Shown: in pieces, positions 41,502 to 51,127 of the stretch
Position numbering within the stretch: the first letter of the stretch is position 1
Layout: every line of letters starts with the position of its first letter
Origin: Oceanispirochaeta sp.
GTDB lineage: Bacteria > Spirochaetota > Spirochaetia > DSM-2461
DNA: 64,000 nt
NCBI GenBank assembly: GCA_963663385.2
Contig: CAXXXD010000002.1
Span: 1,536,001-1,600,000, forward strand
Direction of reading: 5' to 3'
Program-made: the position numbers and the translations under genes
The notes under the pieces: generated by a model
Told to the model about the DNA's origin: nothing
Seen by the model: the letters and a program-made list of their open reading frames with translations, nothing else
The model's database searches: none

Positions 41502-43304
41502 TTACAGCATATTTTTTGCTAATTTTTTCAGGGTATATACCTTTGTGGTTTTGTTTTTTCCTTTAACAGTTGTAGATCCAAGATATTTCAGGGGATAATC
41601 GTCAGACAGCAGGGTGCTTGTTTCTTTGCTCAGCAGTATGGAGTAGCCTGCTGTTTTTGTCATGCTTTCAAGTCGGGAAGCCAGATTAACAGCATCTGAT
41701 ATAACTGTTCCCTGATAACGTTCTTCTTCTCCCAGTATACCCAGCATGGCTTCACCCGTGTGTATTCCTATACCTATTCTGATTTCCGGGAATCCCTCAG
41801 CTTCCATTTTTTTGTTTACATCAACCAGTTTATCAAGCATTTCCAAGGCTGTTTTTACAGCATCCGAAGGATCATCAGGAAATAATGCCATAACGGCATC
41901 ACCTATGTATTTATCAATAAATCCATGATTCTCCCTTACAATAGGTCCCATCTCTTTTAAGTAGGCATTAAGAAATGAAAAATTCTCTTCGGGAGACATG
42001 GCTTCGCTTATAGTGGTGAAAGAACGGATATCGGAAAAAAGGATTGTTATTTCACATTGGACCTGGTCACCCAGGAGAACCTCGGTTATCTCTTTTCTAT
42101 GCAGATATTGGAGGAATTCTTTGGGAACATAGCGTGTAAATGCTCTATTCTGCTCTTTGATATGTTTTTCGTTTAGTAAATAGGAATAAAAGGGGAGAGT
42201 ACCCAGTATGATAAAAAAGATCCGGGGACCAAGGAATAAGGGCCAGTCTCCGAATATATCTGTATACTCACTAAACAGCTGCAGTATATATGTTGCTCCA
42301 AGCACAAGAAATGCTGCAATAAAGAAAGGGGCAAATATGTTTTTTCTCTGTTTGATTCCCAGGTGAAGGGATACTCCGATATAGAGCAGAATGGGATAGA
42401 ACAGGGCCATTTCATCAGCCCATTCGTAAAAGTTTCCACTGATCATTACCAGAACGTGAATTATCAGTACAAGTCCCTGGACAACTGTCAGTAATTTCAG
42501 AAAAATCTGCCAGCTGCTGCCCATATAGGATAGATAAAACAGGACCAGGAATACAGGCATTATATCCTGTGCAATAAGGGGAATAAAAAAATCATAGACA
42601 GGATTAATCTGAATAAATACATTAATAAGATTTGATTCAAATATGGAAAAAAGGGCAAATGTCAGAGCAAAGAGGCTAAACCAGATAAGATAGTATTCTC
42701 TGCTTTTTATCCGGAAGAAAAAGAACAGCATCATCACAAGGCTAATCAATACAGCAAAAAAAGAGAAAATTACGATCAGGTATTCTTCGTAGAGGTAGTA
42801 CATATAAAAACGGGTTTGATCAACATTTCCGAGACTGTTGTCAGCCAGGTATATTTCTTCACCTGCATAGGGATTTGTTTCAATGCGAAAGAAGAGGGGC
42901 TCTCCACTTTTCAACTTTTCAGAAAAATAGAATTGATATGAAAATCTATCTGTATTGGTTTTATCTTTACTTTCCAGAGGCATTCCCTGATAGAATACTT
43001 CCACATTTGTACTATATGACTCAACAATAACAACAGGATCGATGAGGAGACCAGCGGGTATGATATACCTCTTCCAGTAGAACTCTGCCTGATCCAGTTC
43101 TTCTCCTTCAATATCATCTTCCAGGAGCCATAAATCTTCAGCATACAGTTTCTTCAATTCCTGCTCACTGTGGTGAGGAATATCTCCTACATGAAAATAT
43201 AATAATTCATCCGGAATGTGATAGGCCTCTATGGAGGGGATCCATTCCTGGGAAAACAATAAAGGCCCAAGGCATAAGAGAATCATGGTTAAGATCTTCT
43301 TCAT
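41502..43304 (-). CDS. Membrane class III adenylate cyclase with a periplasmic domain and about 7 TM helices (7TM-DISM-like)
   Basis: LFSDIRSFT, IDKYIGDAVMA, GIGIHTG, TVISDAVNLASRLE; ATG 43304. Confidence 0.92.
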   Translation of the reverse strand: MKKILTMILLCLGPLLFSQEWIPSIEAYHIPDELLYFHVGDIPHHSEQELKKLYAEDLWLLEDDIEGEELDQAEFYWKRYIIPAGLLIDPVVIVESYSTNVEVFYQGMPLESKDKTNTDRFSYQFYFSEKLKSGEPLFFRIETNPYAGEEIYLADNSLGNVDQTRFYMYYLYEEYLIVIFSFFAVLISLVMMLFFFFRIKSREYYLIWFSLFALTFALFSIFESNLINVFIQINPVYDFFIPLIAQDIMPVFLVLFYLSYMGSSWQIFLKLLTVVQGLVLIIHVLVMISGNFYEWADEMALFYPILLYIGVSLHLGIKQRKNIFAPFFIAAFLVLGATYILQLFSEYTDIFGDWPLFLGPRIFFIILGTLPFYSYLLNEKHIKEQNRAFTRYVPKEFLQYLHRKEITEVLLGDQVQCEITILFSDIRSFTTISEAMSPEENFSFLNAYLKEMGPIVRENHGFIDKYIGDAVMALFPDDPSDAVKTALEMLDKLVDVNKKMEAEGFPEIRIGIGIHTGEAMLGILGEEERYQGTVISDAVNLASRLESMTKTAGYSILLSKETSTLLSDDYPLKYLGSTTVKGKNKTTKVYTLKKLAKNML

Positions 43305-43375
43305 ACCTTTTACCCTAGAAAGCAGATACCGGATTGTCAAATTCTTTCTGTTTAATTCTTTATTTTCAGAACCTT

Positions 43376-43972
43376 TCAGATTATTCCGGATATCTTAATA
43401 GCCGTAGCCATTAGAAGCAGGGATAGACTTATATTTACAGCCTGTTTCACAATAGTCCTTTTCATAAACCTTCTTATTAAATTTCCAAACAGTGTCCAGG
43501 TTGAGATGGACGCCAGACTGACGGAGGCAAAGCCGACAGCAGATAGGGGGAGGTAAAGTGAGTGACGGGGCAGATCTCTCAGGATTGTGGAATAAATAGT
43601 TAAACCATAAATGATAACTTTGGGATTCAGGATCTGCAGGAGAAATCCATTAACATATTGTAGTGGTTTCTGATTCTCTTCGTCAAAATTGTAATTGGCA
43701 CGGAGTGTGTGCCAGGCCAGTCAGGTGATATAGAGTGCACCGATCACAGACATAATCTTTTCAATATTGGGTATCCGATTCATCAGGCTTACTGAGGTAT
43801 AAGCACAAACCATCATGATCAGTATAAATCCTGAAAAAATACCCAGGAGGAAGGGGAGGGTCTTCCTGTATCCGAATCCCAGACCCATGGAGGCACTGGC
43901 AATATTATTTGGTCCGGGAGTAAAGGTTGTAATGATAACGAACGAGAGCAGAGGCAGCAGATCCGGATTCAT
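43376..43972 (-). pseudogene. LysE/RhtB-family (EamB-like) exporter interrupted by an in-frame TGA at 43721-43723
   Basis: TPGPNN motif; the frame continues after TGA through LQILNPK to TGA at 43376; 199 codons in total. Confidence 0.88.
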
Positions 43973-44023
43973 TTGAGCTCCTTGAATTTTACTCAATCCT
44001 GATTGTACAATAACAGCCTTATT

Positions 44024-44926
44024 ATGAGCAATGAAAACAAAGCAAAAGGGACCTTATGGGTTCTGATATGTGTCCTCTTATGGGCCATGATTCCGGTTGT
44101 CTCCAAACTGGGACAAGCTGAACTGGATAACCACCAGCTGTTGTTCTGGTCCAGTCTGATCTCCTTTCTTGTGCTGTTTCTGACCGTAGTTGGAAAAGGG
44201 CAGTTCAGCATTTACCGGACAATACCCCTCCGTCAGTATCTGTTCCTTTTTCTTCTGGGAATGCTGGGGACCTATCTCTACTACCTTCTGTTGTACCTGG
44301 GTTATGCCAAAGCAAAAGGGATGGAAGTGCTGGTTGTCCAATACACCTGGCCTATTCTGATTGTTGTTCTTTCCATATTTATACTGAGGGAGAAGCTGAC
44401 TGTCCGGAAAATAGCCGCCATAATGTGCGGGTTTGTAGGGGTATTGATTGTCCTTACAAAAGGAGACTTTCAAAACATTCATTTCAGCAGCCTTCAGGTT
44501 ATCCTCTGGGTGCTGGCGGGCTCCTTCTGCTTTGCCCTGTTCTCTGTACTGAGCAAGACCGTTAAGATCGATCCCATTGCAGCGTCTTCCATTTACTTCT
44601 TTATAGCGGCCGTGGCATCCTTTGTATCCATGATGTTCTTTTCCAAATGGCAGTTCCCGACTGCTCAGGAGTGGTGGCCCGTGATTCTCAACGGAGTGCT
44701 GGTTAACGGTTTTTCCTATGTATTCTGGATCTTTGCCCTGCGGTCTACAAATGCCTCTTTTGTGGCGCCTTTTACCTATTTAACCCCTATTCTGTCGGCA
44801 GTCTATCTGGTTATTTTTTTCCGGGAACCCTTCCTGCCGGCTTACGGACTGGGACTGGTGCTTGTGCTGACGGGAGGATTGATTAATCTGGATTTTGGGA
44901 AGAAAAGGGGACAGATGAGGGTTTAA
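44024..44926 (+). CDS. EamA/DMT family transporter
   Basis: About 10 TM helices in two EamA halves (QYTWP...LREKL; FTYLTP...FFREP). Confidence 0.92.
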   Translation: MSNENKAKGTLWVLICVLLWAMIPVVSKLGQAELDNHQLLFWSSLISFLVLFLTVVGKGQFSIYRTIPLRQYLFLFLLGMLGTYLYYLLLYLGYAKAKGMEVLVVQYTWPILIVVLSIFILREKLTVRKIAAIMCGFVGVLIVLTKGDFQNIHFSSLQVILWVLAGSFCFALFSVLSKTVKIDPIAASSIYFFIAAVASFVSMMFFSKWQFPTAQEWWPVILNGVLVNGFSYVFWIFALRSTNASFVAPFTYLTPILSAVYLVIFFREPFLPAYGLGLVLVLTGGLINLDFGKKRGQMRV

Positions 44927-44963
44927 TCTGTTAAAAAAAACTAGCTCTAGTCTGGAGGGCAGG

Positions 44964-45212
44964 ATGATTGTTGATACTATAGCAGAGGCAGAAGTTCATT
45001 TTGATGCTCTTATTGAAAAAGTTCTTCAGGGTGAGGACGTAATTATCAAGAAAAACGGTAAACCTGTAGCCGTATTGAGTAAGTTTGAAAACATTAAAGT
45101 CTCCCGTGAACCGGGAGCTTTTAAAGGTCTGATTAAGATTTCAGATGATTTTGGATAGCTTTCATCTGATATAACTTTTGCTTTTTGAATGAAGAAATTA
45201 GCTGATACTTTT
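44964..45212 (+). pseudogene. Degenerate Phd/YefM antitoxin plus possible VapC N-terminal remnant
   Basis: GEDVIIKKNGKPVA...PGAFKG..ISDDF; read-through gives *LSSDITFAF*MKKLADT. Confidence 0.7.
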
Positions 45213-45233
45213 AACTATAGAATTAGAGGTGTT

Positions 45234-45667
45234 TTATTCTGTAGTATCACAGGTAATTTCAATTGAGAAATCAAAGGGTGTTCCGTAAACTCTATCATCC
45301 ATCTTGTAGATACCATCACCATCGTCATCGCTGATGCAGTCTGTCAAATCCCATACCAAACAAACTGAAATATTCTGTACATCTTCTTCAACTATTATGC
45401 CATCAAAAGGTATAAATAAGGCTCCATCCATATCAATTTCAGGATTGTCTGGTAAGAAATCCTCCAGAAAATCATTACCATTGTAGCTGTAAAAGTATGT
45501 TCTTGGAATATAAATAGCAGAATCGCCAATTAACTCTCTATCAATCAGGAATATGGAATTACCATTGATTGAACTGCATTCATCTGTATCTATGTTATAA
45601 GGAGAAACAATAGCGTTATTATGCTTAAAAGAGAAGTTACCGGCACCAATATCAATGCGTATAATAT
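45234..45667 (-). pseudogene. 3' remnant of an acidic hypothetical gene truncated by an IS end
   Basis: Open frame from the IS terminus to TAA 45234; the 5' codons of the ORF-track call come from the IS. Confidence 0.6.
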
Positions 45668-45890
45668 TGTAATCCCCCCATTTAAAGAAGTCGTCTTTAG
45701 TAGACTTTTTAAACAGCAACAGTTTTCTTCCTTGGGGGAATCCCTCCTACTGCTGAATTAGGGCGCCCATTATTATATGTCCATAACCATTTGGTAGCAA
45801 GATTCTGAGCTTGTTCAATTGAATCAAAATTCACAAGATCTAACCATTCATTGCGTACTGTTCTATTAAATCTTTCAAGTTAAGCATTAA
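45668..45890 (-). mobile_element. IS3-family remnant (OrfB C-terminus plus right terminal repeat)
   Basis: NA*LERFNRTVRNEWL...WLWTYNNGRPNSAVGGIPP...* (stop 45709-45711); end reads TGTAATCCCCCC on the + strand at 45668. Confidence 0.85.
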
Positions 45891-46247
45891 GCAAATCTAA
45901 GTTAATAATGCATCATAAATATTTAGAATTGATGGGATTGTTTTGCTTTTATTTCTCTTTGCAATAATTCTTATTCTAATGAAAATAGCAATAGCTCAGT
46001 ATCTGTAAATTCAGTCCTTTTGAATGTTATATTATCAACTGTTGATCGCCTAGGAATTGATTATTCTGTTGGTGGTGAGATTCAAAAAATAAAGGGGCAG
46101 AAAACTGAGACATACCCTGATAGAAGTGAAATTTGGGATGTTAGTGTAGACTATTTGAGATTTACTAATGATTCAACTGTAACTGTTGAAACATCAATTC
46201 ACACAAAACCATAGCATATTAGCCGGATTCATATCCGACTTGTGTTT

Positions 46248-46523
46248 TTAACGCCGACCAGTCAGCTTGATAATATGAAATCCGAACTGTGTCTGCACTA
46301 CATTGCTGTAGCTGCCAACAGACATGCGTTTACAGGCTTCTTCAAACTGGCCGACCATTTTACCCGGACCGAACCAGCCCAGATCGCCCCCTTTATTCTT
46401 GCTGGGGCAGGTGGAGAACTCCTTGGCCAGGGCCCGGAAATCCCCTCCGGTTTTGCACCTTCTTAAAAGATCGTTTGCCAGGTTTCTATCTTTAACGAGT
46501 ATGTGACTTGCACGCCATTCCAT
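46248..46523 (-). CDS. ppiC: Parvulin-type peptidyl-prolyl isomerase
   Basis: ASHILVK, STCPS..GGDLGWF, TQFGFHII; 91 aa. Confidence 0.95.
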   Translation of the reverse strand: MEWRASHILVKDRNLANDLLRRCKTGGDFRALAKEFSTCPSKNKGGDLGWFGPGKMVGQFEEACKRMSVGSYSNVVQTQFGFHIIKLTGRR

Positions 46524-46625
46524 GGAATGCCCTCCGTTTTTATTGTAAGGATGGGTTATTATAGAAAAATCGGAGTTTCTTGGCCAGTACGGTGCTTCAG
46601 ATCGCCATTTCAAGGGTTTCAAATC

Positions 46626-46654
46626 TTGACTTCCCGCTGTTTTCGGCATAAATT
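46626..46654 (+). promoter_or_regulatory. Sigma70-type promoter of the ABC transporter operon
   Basis: TTGACT-N17-TAAATT. Confidence 0.55.
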
Positions 46655-46740
46655 GATAAAAAAATATCTACCCCTGAGGAATACGCATCTTGATCTACTT
46701 GAAGAAGAATCAGGGCTGATCTGACGGGAAGGAGTCTGAA

Positions 46741-47718
46741 ATGAAAAACATTCTTCTAACGGGATTACTTATCCTGGTTTCACTTTCCCTGCTTACTGCA
46801 GGTGGAGCTCAGGAGAAGGCGGAACCGGAAAATCCCGGCCGACCCGTTAAAATAGCCGTGCTGAACGGACCTTCCGGAATCGGAATGATTCAGCTTATGG
46901 CCAATCCTCCCTTAAAAGATAAGGATATTACCGTAGAAACCGTAGCTATCGGAGCGCCCAAGGTACTCCTGGGACAGCTGATCAAGGAGGAATGGGACTT
47001 TGCCGCTCTTCCCGCCAATATGGCCGCCATTCTTTTTAACAAAGGTGTTCCCTATAAACTTGCCGCCGTTACGGGACTGGGCAACCTTTTTCTGATTGCC
47101 GACAAATCTGCTGGTGAACTATCTATTCATGACTTGAGGGATAAAACGGTTTTCATCCCAGGCAAGAACACAACTCCCGATCTGATTATGCAGCTCTTGA
47201 GTGATACCAACGCTGTCCCTGTAAATATGGATTACAGTTTCAACCCGAGCGATCTGGCTAAAGCCATGATTGGCGGGGTCGCCGACCTGGCTGTTCTTCC
47301 CGAACCCATGGCTACCATGGCCCTGAGTAAAAACCCGAACCTGCATATAGCAGCAGACCTTCAGGATCTCTGGGAAGATACCTATCCCGATAAAGGGATT
47401 TTTCCTATTACAGTTATGGTTGCCAATGCTGATTTTGCAGAAGAAAACCCCGTATTGACCAAAGAGATTCTGCTGGCTGCCGAGGATTCCATCAAATGGG
47501 TGACAGAAAACCCTGCAGATGCTTCCGTACTGATTGGAAAACACGGTTTCCTTCTGCCGGCACCGGTGGTGGAGAAAGCCATTCCCAACAGCAACTACAG
47601 CTTTCTGACAGGCGAAGAGGCCATGAAATCAGCGGATCCCTATTTTCAGGAAGTATACAGGATCAACCCTGCCGCTCTGGGGGGAGCTCTCCCCGGTGAG
47701 GAACTCTACCTGAAATAA
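46741..47718 (+). CDS. NitT/TauT-family ABC substrate-binding protein
   Basis: Signal peptide, NGPSGIGM, LPANMAA, AVLPEP. Confidence 0.88.
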   Translation: MKNILLTGLLILVSLSLLTAGGAQEKAEPENPGRPVKIAVLNGPSGIGMIQLMANPPLKDKDITVETVAIGAPKVLLGQLIKEEWDFAALPANMAAILFNKGVPYKLAAVTGLGNLFLIADKSAGELSIHDLRDKTVFIPGKNTTPDLIMQLLSDTNAVPVNMDYSFNPSDLAKAMIGGVADLAVLPEPMATMALSKNPNLHIAADLQDLWEDTYPDKGIFPITVMVANADFAEENPVLTKEILLAAEDSIKWVTENPADASVLIGKHGFLLPAPVVEKAIPNSNYSFLTGEEAMKSADPYFQEVYRINPAALGGALPGEELYLK

Positions 47719-48500
47719 TGATTCATCTTAAAGACCGCCTCAAAACTACACTGTTATCAGTCATCCTGTACGTTGCGGTCTGGAAGCTGCTCTCTTTTCT
47801 GATAGACAGGGAGATTATCCTTCCTTCCCCCGAAACAGTACTTGGACAGGTATTGGGTCTCCTTGTGAAAGGGGATGTCCTCCGGCAGATCCTGCCCACC
47901 GTGGCAAGAGGATTGGGCGGGTTCGCACTATCCCTTCTTGCAGGAGTCTGCTTCGGACTGGCTGCCGGCAGGAGCGACAGATTCAGATGGTTCCTGAATC
48001 CTCTGATTATAAGTATCCGCTCCATTCCCGTTCTATCCCTGATTCTGCTGGCTATCATCTGGTTCAGAACAGAACTGGTTCCCGTTTTTATCTGCTTTCT
48101 GGTTGTATTTCCCATTATTACGGGCAGTGTGACCACCGGTGTAAAACAGGTGGATCCGGAACTGCTGGAAATGGCATCCATATACAGAAAGACAAAACGG
48201 GAAAAACTGAAAGCGATCTATCTCCCTTCCATTCTGCCCTATGTGAGCAGCGGTATCTCCTCGGGCCTGGGGCTGACCTGGAAGTCCGTTGTCGCTGCGG
48301 AGGTGCTCAGTATGCCTACCCGGGGTATGGGAACGGCTATGCAGACCGCTCAGATGCAGCTTGATACGGCCATCCTTTTTGCCTGGACCGTCCTTATTGT
48401 GCTTCTGTCGGCTTTTTTTGACGGGATAGTGTTATTCCTCGAAAAACGGATTATAGGAGAGCAGAGAGGCCGCAGGATTACAGGTGCTGTGCATGATTAA
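47718..48500 (+). CDS. NitT/TauT-family ABC permease
   Basis: LPSP, VDPELLEMA, WKSVVAAEVL. Confidence 0.93.
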   Translation: MIHLKDRLKTTLLSVILYVAVWKLLSFLIDREIILPSPETVLGQVLGLLVKGDVLRQILPTVARGLGGFALSLLAGVCFGLAAGRSDRFRWFLNPLIISIRSIPVLSLILLAIIWFRTELVPVFICFLVVFPIITGSVTTGVKQVDPELLEMASIYRKTKREKLKAIYLPSILPYVSSGISSGLGLTWKSVVAAEVLSMPTRGMGTAMQTAQMQLDTAILFAWTVLIVLLSAFFDGIVLFLEKRIIGEQRGRRITGAVHD

Positions 48501-49200
48501 GTGGAATTCCATATTTTTCAATTACGGCACCCTGTGTGTGCTGGATGATTTCTCCCTGGAAATGGACGACCCCGGCGTCACTGTTCTTCTGGGGCCCTCC
48601 GGCAGCGGTAAAACAACCCTTCTTCATCTGGCGGCAGGCCTGCGGTCTCCCCGGGAAGGAGAAGTTATAAATCCCTTCAGGAATACACAAAGCTACCTTT
48701 TTCAGAAACCCCGGCTCCTCCCCTGGAAGAACATCCGGGATAATGCGGCTTTTGCCCTGCCTTCCCGCATGGATCCGAAGCAGGTAGAACAGAGGGTTAT
48801 GGATACGCTGAAACTTGTCGGACTGGATGATTTTGCCGAATACCACCCCCGGGAGTTGAGCGGAGGTATGGAGCAGCGCGCAGCCATTGCCAGAGCTTTT
48901 GTTCCCGATGCTGAACTTCTCTTAATGGACGAGCCCTTCAAGGGGCTGGATTTGAAAATGAAGATGCCCCTTCTGGAACTGATACTGGAAATCCTTAAAG
49001 TTCGCAAAACCCGGACCATTCTGGTAACCCACGATGTGCGGGAAGCGATTCTGATGGGAGACCGGATTATCCTGCTGCAGGGACCGCCCCTGCGGGTGAG
49101 GGATAACTTCATCAATCCCTGTAGCCGGGAACAGCGAAATATGGAACATCAGGCTTTTTACGACCTGGAGCACCATCTTTATAAACTGATATTGGAATAG
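48493..49200 (+). CDS. NitT/TauT-family ABC ATPase
   Basis: GPSGSGKT, PRLLPW, LSGGMEQR, LLMDEPF, VTHD. Confidence 0.95.
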   Translation: MIKWNSIFFNYGTLCVLDDFSLEMDDPGVTVLLGPSGSGKTTLLHLAAGLRSPREGEVINPFRNTQSYLFQKPRLLPWKNIRDNAAFALPSRMDPKQVEQRVMDTLKLVGLDDFAEYHPRELSGGMEQRAAIARAFVPDAELLLMDEPFKGLDLKMKMPLLELILEILKVRKTRTILVTHDVREAILMGDRIILLQGPPLRVRDNFINPCSREQRNMEHQAFYDLEHHLYKLILE

Positions 49201-49252
49201 AATTCTTTCCGGAAGCATGCATTTCCAGTAAATAATAATACCCGGATTTATT

Positions 49253-49436
49253 CCAACCCTCACCCCCATCCCCTCTCCCAAAAGGCGAGGAAAGAATTGC
49301 TATATTGACTGATAGTTAAAGAGATTAATCGAGATTCTTATCAAAATAGTGCCTGTAATAAATAATTTGCAGTTAATAAATTAGTCAATTTCATCCCCTC
49401 TCCTCATAGGAGAGGGGAAAGAGGGGTGAGGGTTGG
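49253..49436. repeat. Non-coding foldback element with BoxC/REP-like CCCTCACCCC/CCCTCTCC motifs (MITE/REPIN-like)
   Basis: Perfect 14-bp terminal IR CCAACCCTCACCCC / GGGGTGAGGGTTGG; inner hairpin TCCCCTCTCCT-CAT-AGGAGAGGGGA at 49394-49418. Confidence 0.75.
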
Positions 49437-49498
49437 TAAACTGGATTCATACAAATTATTTCTTGCGGATATCTGTATGTATTAGAAGAAAACCTGTT

Positions 49499-50503
49499 CT
49501 ACTGCAATTTTACGTAACTCCGCAGGTTTTCCACCTTGGTTTCAACCAGTCCTCTGGCTTCGGCTGAAGATATAAACTTCTTGAATTTGCTGAATCCCAG
49601 ATTCTTCATGATTATGCCTTTGTCCTTGAGTGTGGAGCTCAGAATGGAGTAGGGGTGGTACTGGGGACCTTTCTTGCCGTCCAGCTCCTCCAGGGTTATT
49701 ACAAGGGTCTTCAGGGCCTGCTGAAGAGAACCTACCTCCTGAACATACCCTTTTCCGGGAAGGATGTTGGTCTGGCTGTCCTTTTCCTCCTCCAGATTGA
49801 CATAACCCGCTTTTACGGCTGCGGTGATAAAAGAGCTCCATCGTTTATACCCCAGGCTCTTCTCATCAAAGTCCCGGTTCAGCATTTTCATTTTTATTTT
49901 CACGGAACCCATATTGCCGCGCTTGCCATCTTTCTGGAGAATTGTTGCCGTTTCCGCCAGGCGCTCAAACCAGTACTCCTTAGAATGTTTCTGCCTGGTC
50001 TGGGTACTGTCATCTTCATCGCCGGAATCATCGTCATCATCGCTGTCGGGTATCAGTTCCCTGTAGTCGGTGAAGCTGTCTGCCAGAATCAGAAGATCCT
50101 GTGCCGCCGTTTTGATATCACAGATTACATGGATTTTTTTACCCGACTTGCGAAGGGTAAGCAGGAGCGATCGAAAATCGCTGTCGCCGGTAATCAGAAT
50201 AAATGTGTCAATGTGGCCATGGAAACGGAGAATTTCCATGGCATCAGTTACCAGCTGCATATCAGAACCGTTCTTGTTCCGTCTCACCCTCTGGTAGGGG
50301 ACGTGTACCATATAAAAATGCATCCCCGCCAGGATCGGGCCCAGGGAGCGGAAGCCCGGTTTACTCCAGTCCGCATAAGCATAGGATGTCACAACCCGTC
50401 CTTTGGATTCCGCATAGTCCCACATACCCTGAATCAACAGGTTGTCATTGCTGGAAGGGGTAACATTTTCTATATCCCAGAGGATGGCTACGTTTTCAGT
50501 CAT
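49499..50503 (-). CDS. NYN-domain RNase with C-terminal OST-HTH/LOTUS domains
   Basis: ILWDIENV, KNGSDMQLVTDA, ITGDSDF; LGYKRWSSFI and LGFSKFKKFI LOTUS-type motifs. Confidence 0.9.
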   Translation of the reverse strand: MTENVAILWDIENVTPSSNDNLLIQGMWDYAESKGRVVTSYAYADWSKPGFRSLGPILAGMHFYMVHVPYQRVRRNKNGSDMQLVTDAMEILRFHGHIDTFILITGDSDFRSLLLTLRKSGKKIHVICDIKTAAQDLLILADSFTDYRELIPDSDDDDDSGDEDDSTQTRQKHSKEYWFERLAETATILQKDGKRGNMGSVKIKMKMLNRDFDEKSLGYKRWSSFITAAVKAGYVNLEEEKDSQTNILPGKGYVQEVGSLQQALKTLVITLEELDGKKGPQYHPYSILSSTLKDKGIIMKNLGFSKFKKFISSAEARGLVETKVENLRSYVKLQ

Positions 50504-50639
50504 ACAATTTCCTCCTTGGTAAATAAAGGTTTTTACCTTTGTGTATGTCTAAATAATTATTTTATAAAGATAGCATGCTTTTCCGTTAATCCCTATAGTT
50601 CATTTGGCTTATATGGAAATATACATGCTGTGGGGGTAT

Positions 50640-50668
50640 AAAAAAACCGCTTCCTCATTGGAAGCGGT
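50640..50668 (-). terminator. Intrinsic terminator after tRNA-Phe copy 1
   Basis: ACCGCTTCC-N5-GGAAGCGGT stem with a T-run on the minus strand. Confidence 0.85.
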
Positions 50669-50675
50669 CAGTATG

Positions 50676-50748
<73 letters not shown>

Positions 50749-50761
50749 AACTGCGTGAATG

Positions 50762-50790
50762 AATATACACGTCTGCCGGATTTCTGTCAA
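50762..50790 (-). promoter_or_regulatory. Sigma70 promoter of tRNA-Phe copy 1
   Basis: TTGACA-N17-TATATT. Confidence 0.8.
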
Positions 50791-50859
50791 TAAGCCCCGA
50801 AAAAAAATTTCCCGCAAAAATAATTAACCTCAGCAGATTGCCAAAGATCGCTTTTGCAT

Positions 50860-50887
50860 AAAAAAACCGCTTCCGGAATGGAAGCGG
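50860..50887 (-). terminator. Intrinsic terminator after tRNA-Phe copy 2
   Basis: CCGCTTCC-N5-GGAAGCGG stem with a T-run on the minus strand. Confidence 0.85.
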
Positions 50888-50895
50888 GTTGTATG

Positions 50896-50968
<73 letters not shown>

Positions 50969-50982
50969 AACTGACTTTCCGT

Positions 50983-51011
50983 ATAATATAGACTGGGCGA
51001 ATTCCTGTCAA
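50983..51011 (-). promoter_or_regulatory. Sigma70 promoter of tRNA-Phe copy 2
   Basis: TTGACA-N17-TATTAT. Confidence 0.8.
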
Positions 51012-51127
51012 CAGGTTCGATGCGAAAATTCTTTTTCCTTCTTTTGACAGAGAAAAAGGTACGCTCTTCGCTAAAATTCATGGGCATGATAGTATGACGC
51101 TATTATAGAATAAGTTAAGGAAAAATT

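Noticed and set aside
43721..43723. Selenocysteine or genetic-code reassignment for the LysE TGA
   Set aside because: The position corresponds to an aromatic residue in a transporter helix, no convincing SECIS follows, and many intact genes here end in TGA
45234..45719. Intact 161-aa gene as given in the ORF track
   Set aside because: Its start lies inside the IS3 remnant, so it is treated as a truncated gene
45908..46214. Small AT-rich ORF, possibly a frameshifted exported-protein fragment
   Set aside because: No clear start, RBS or family motif; cannot be supported as a gene
46660..46740. Known riboswitch (TPP, fluoride, xanthine/NMT1, SAH) in the ABC leader
   Set aside because: The core consensus elements as I recall them are not matched; kept only as an unassigned candidate
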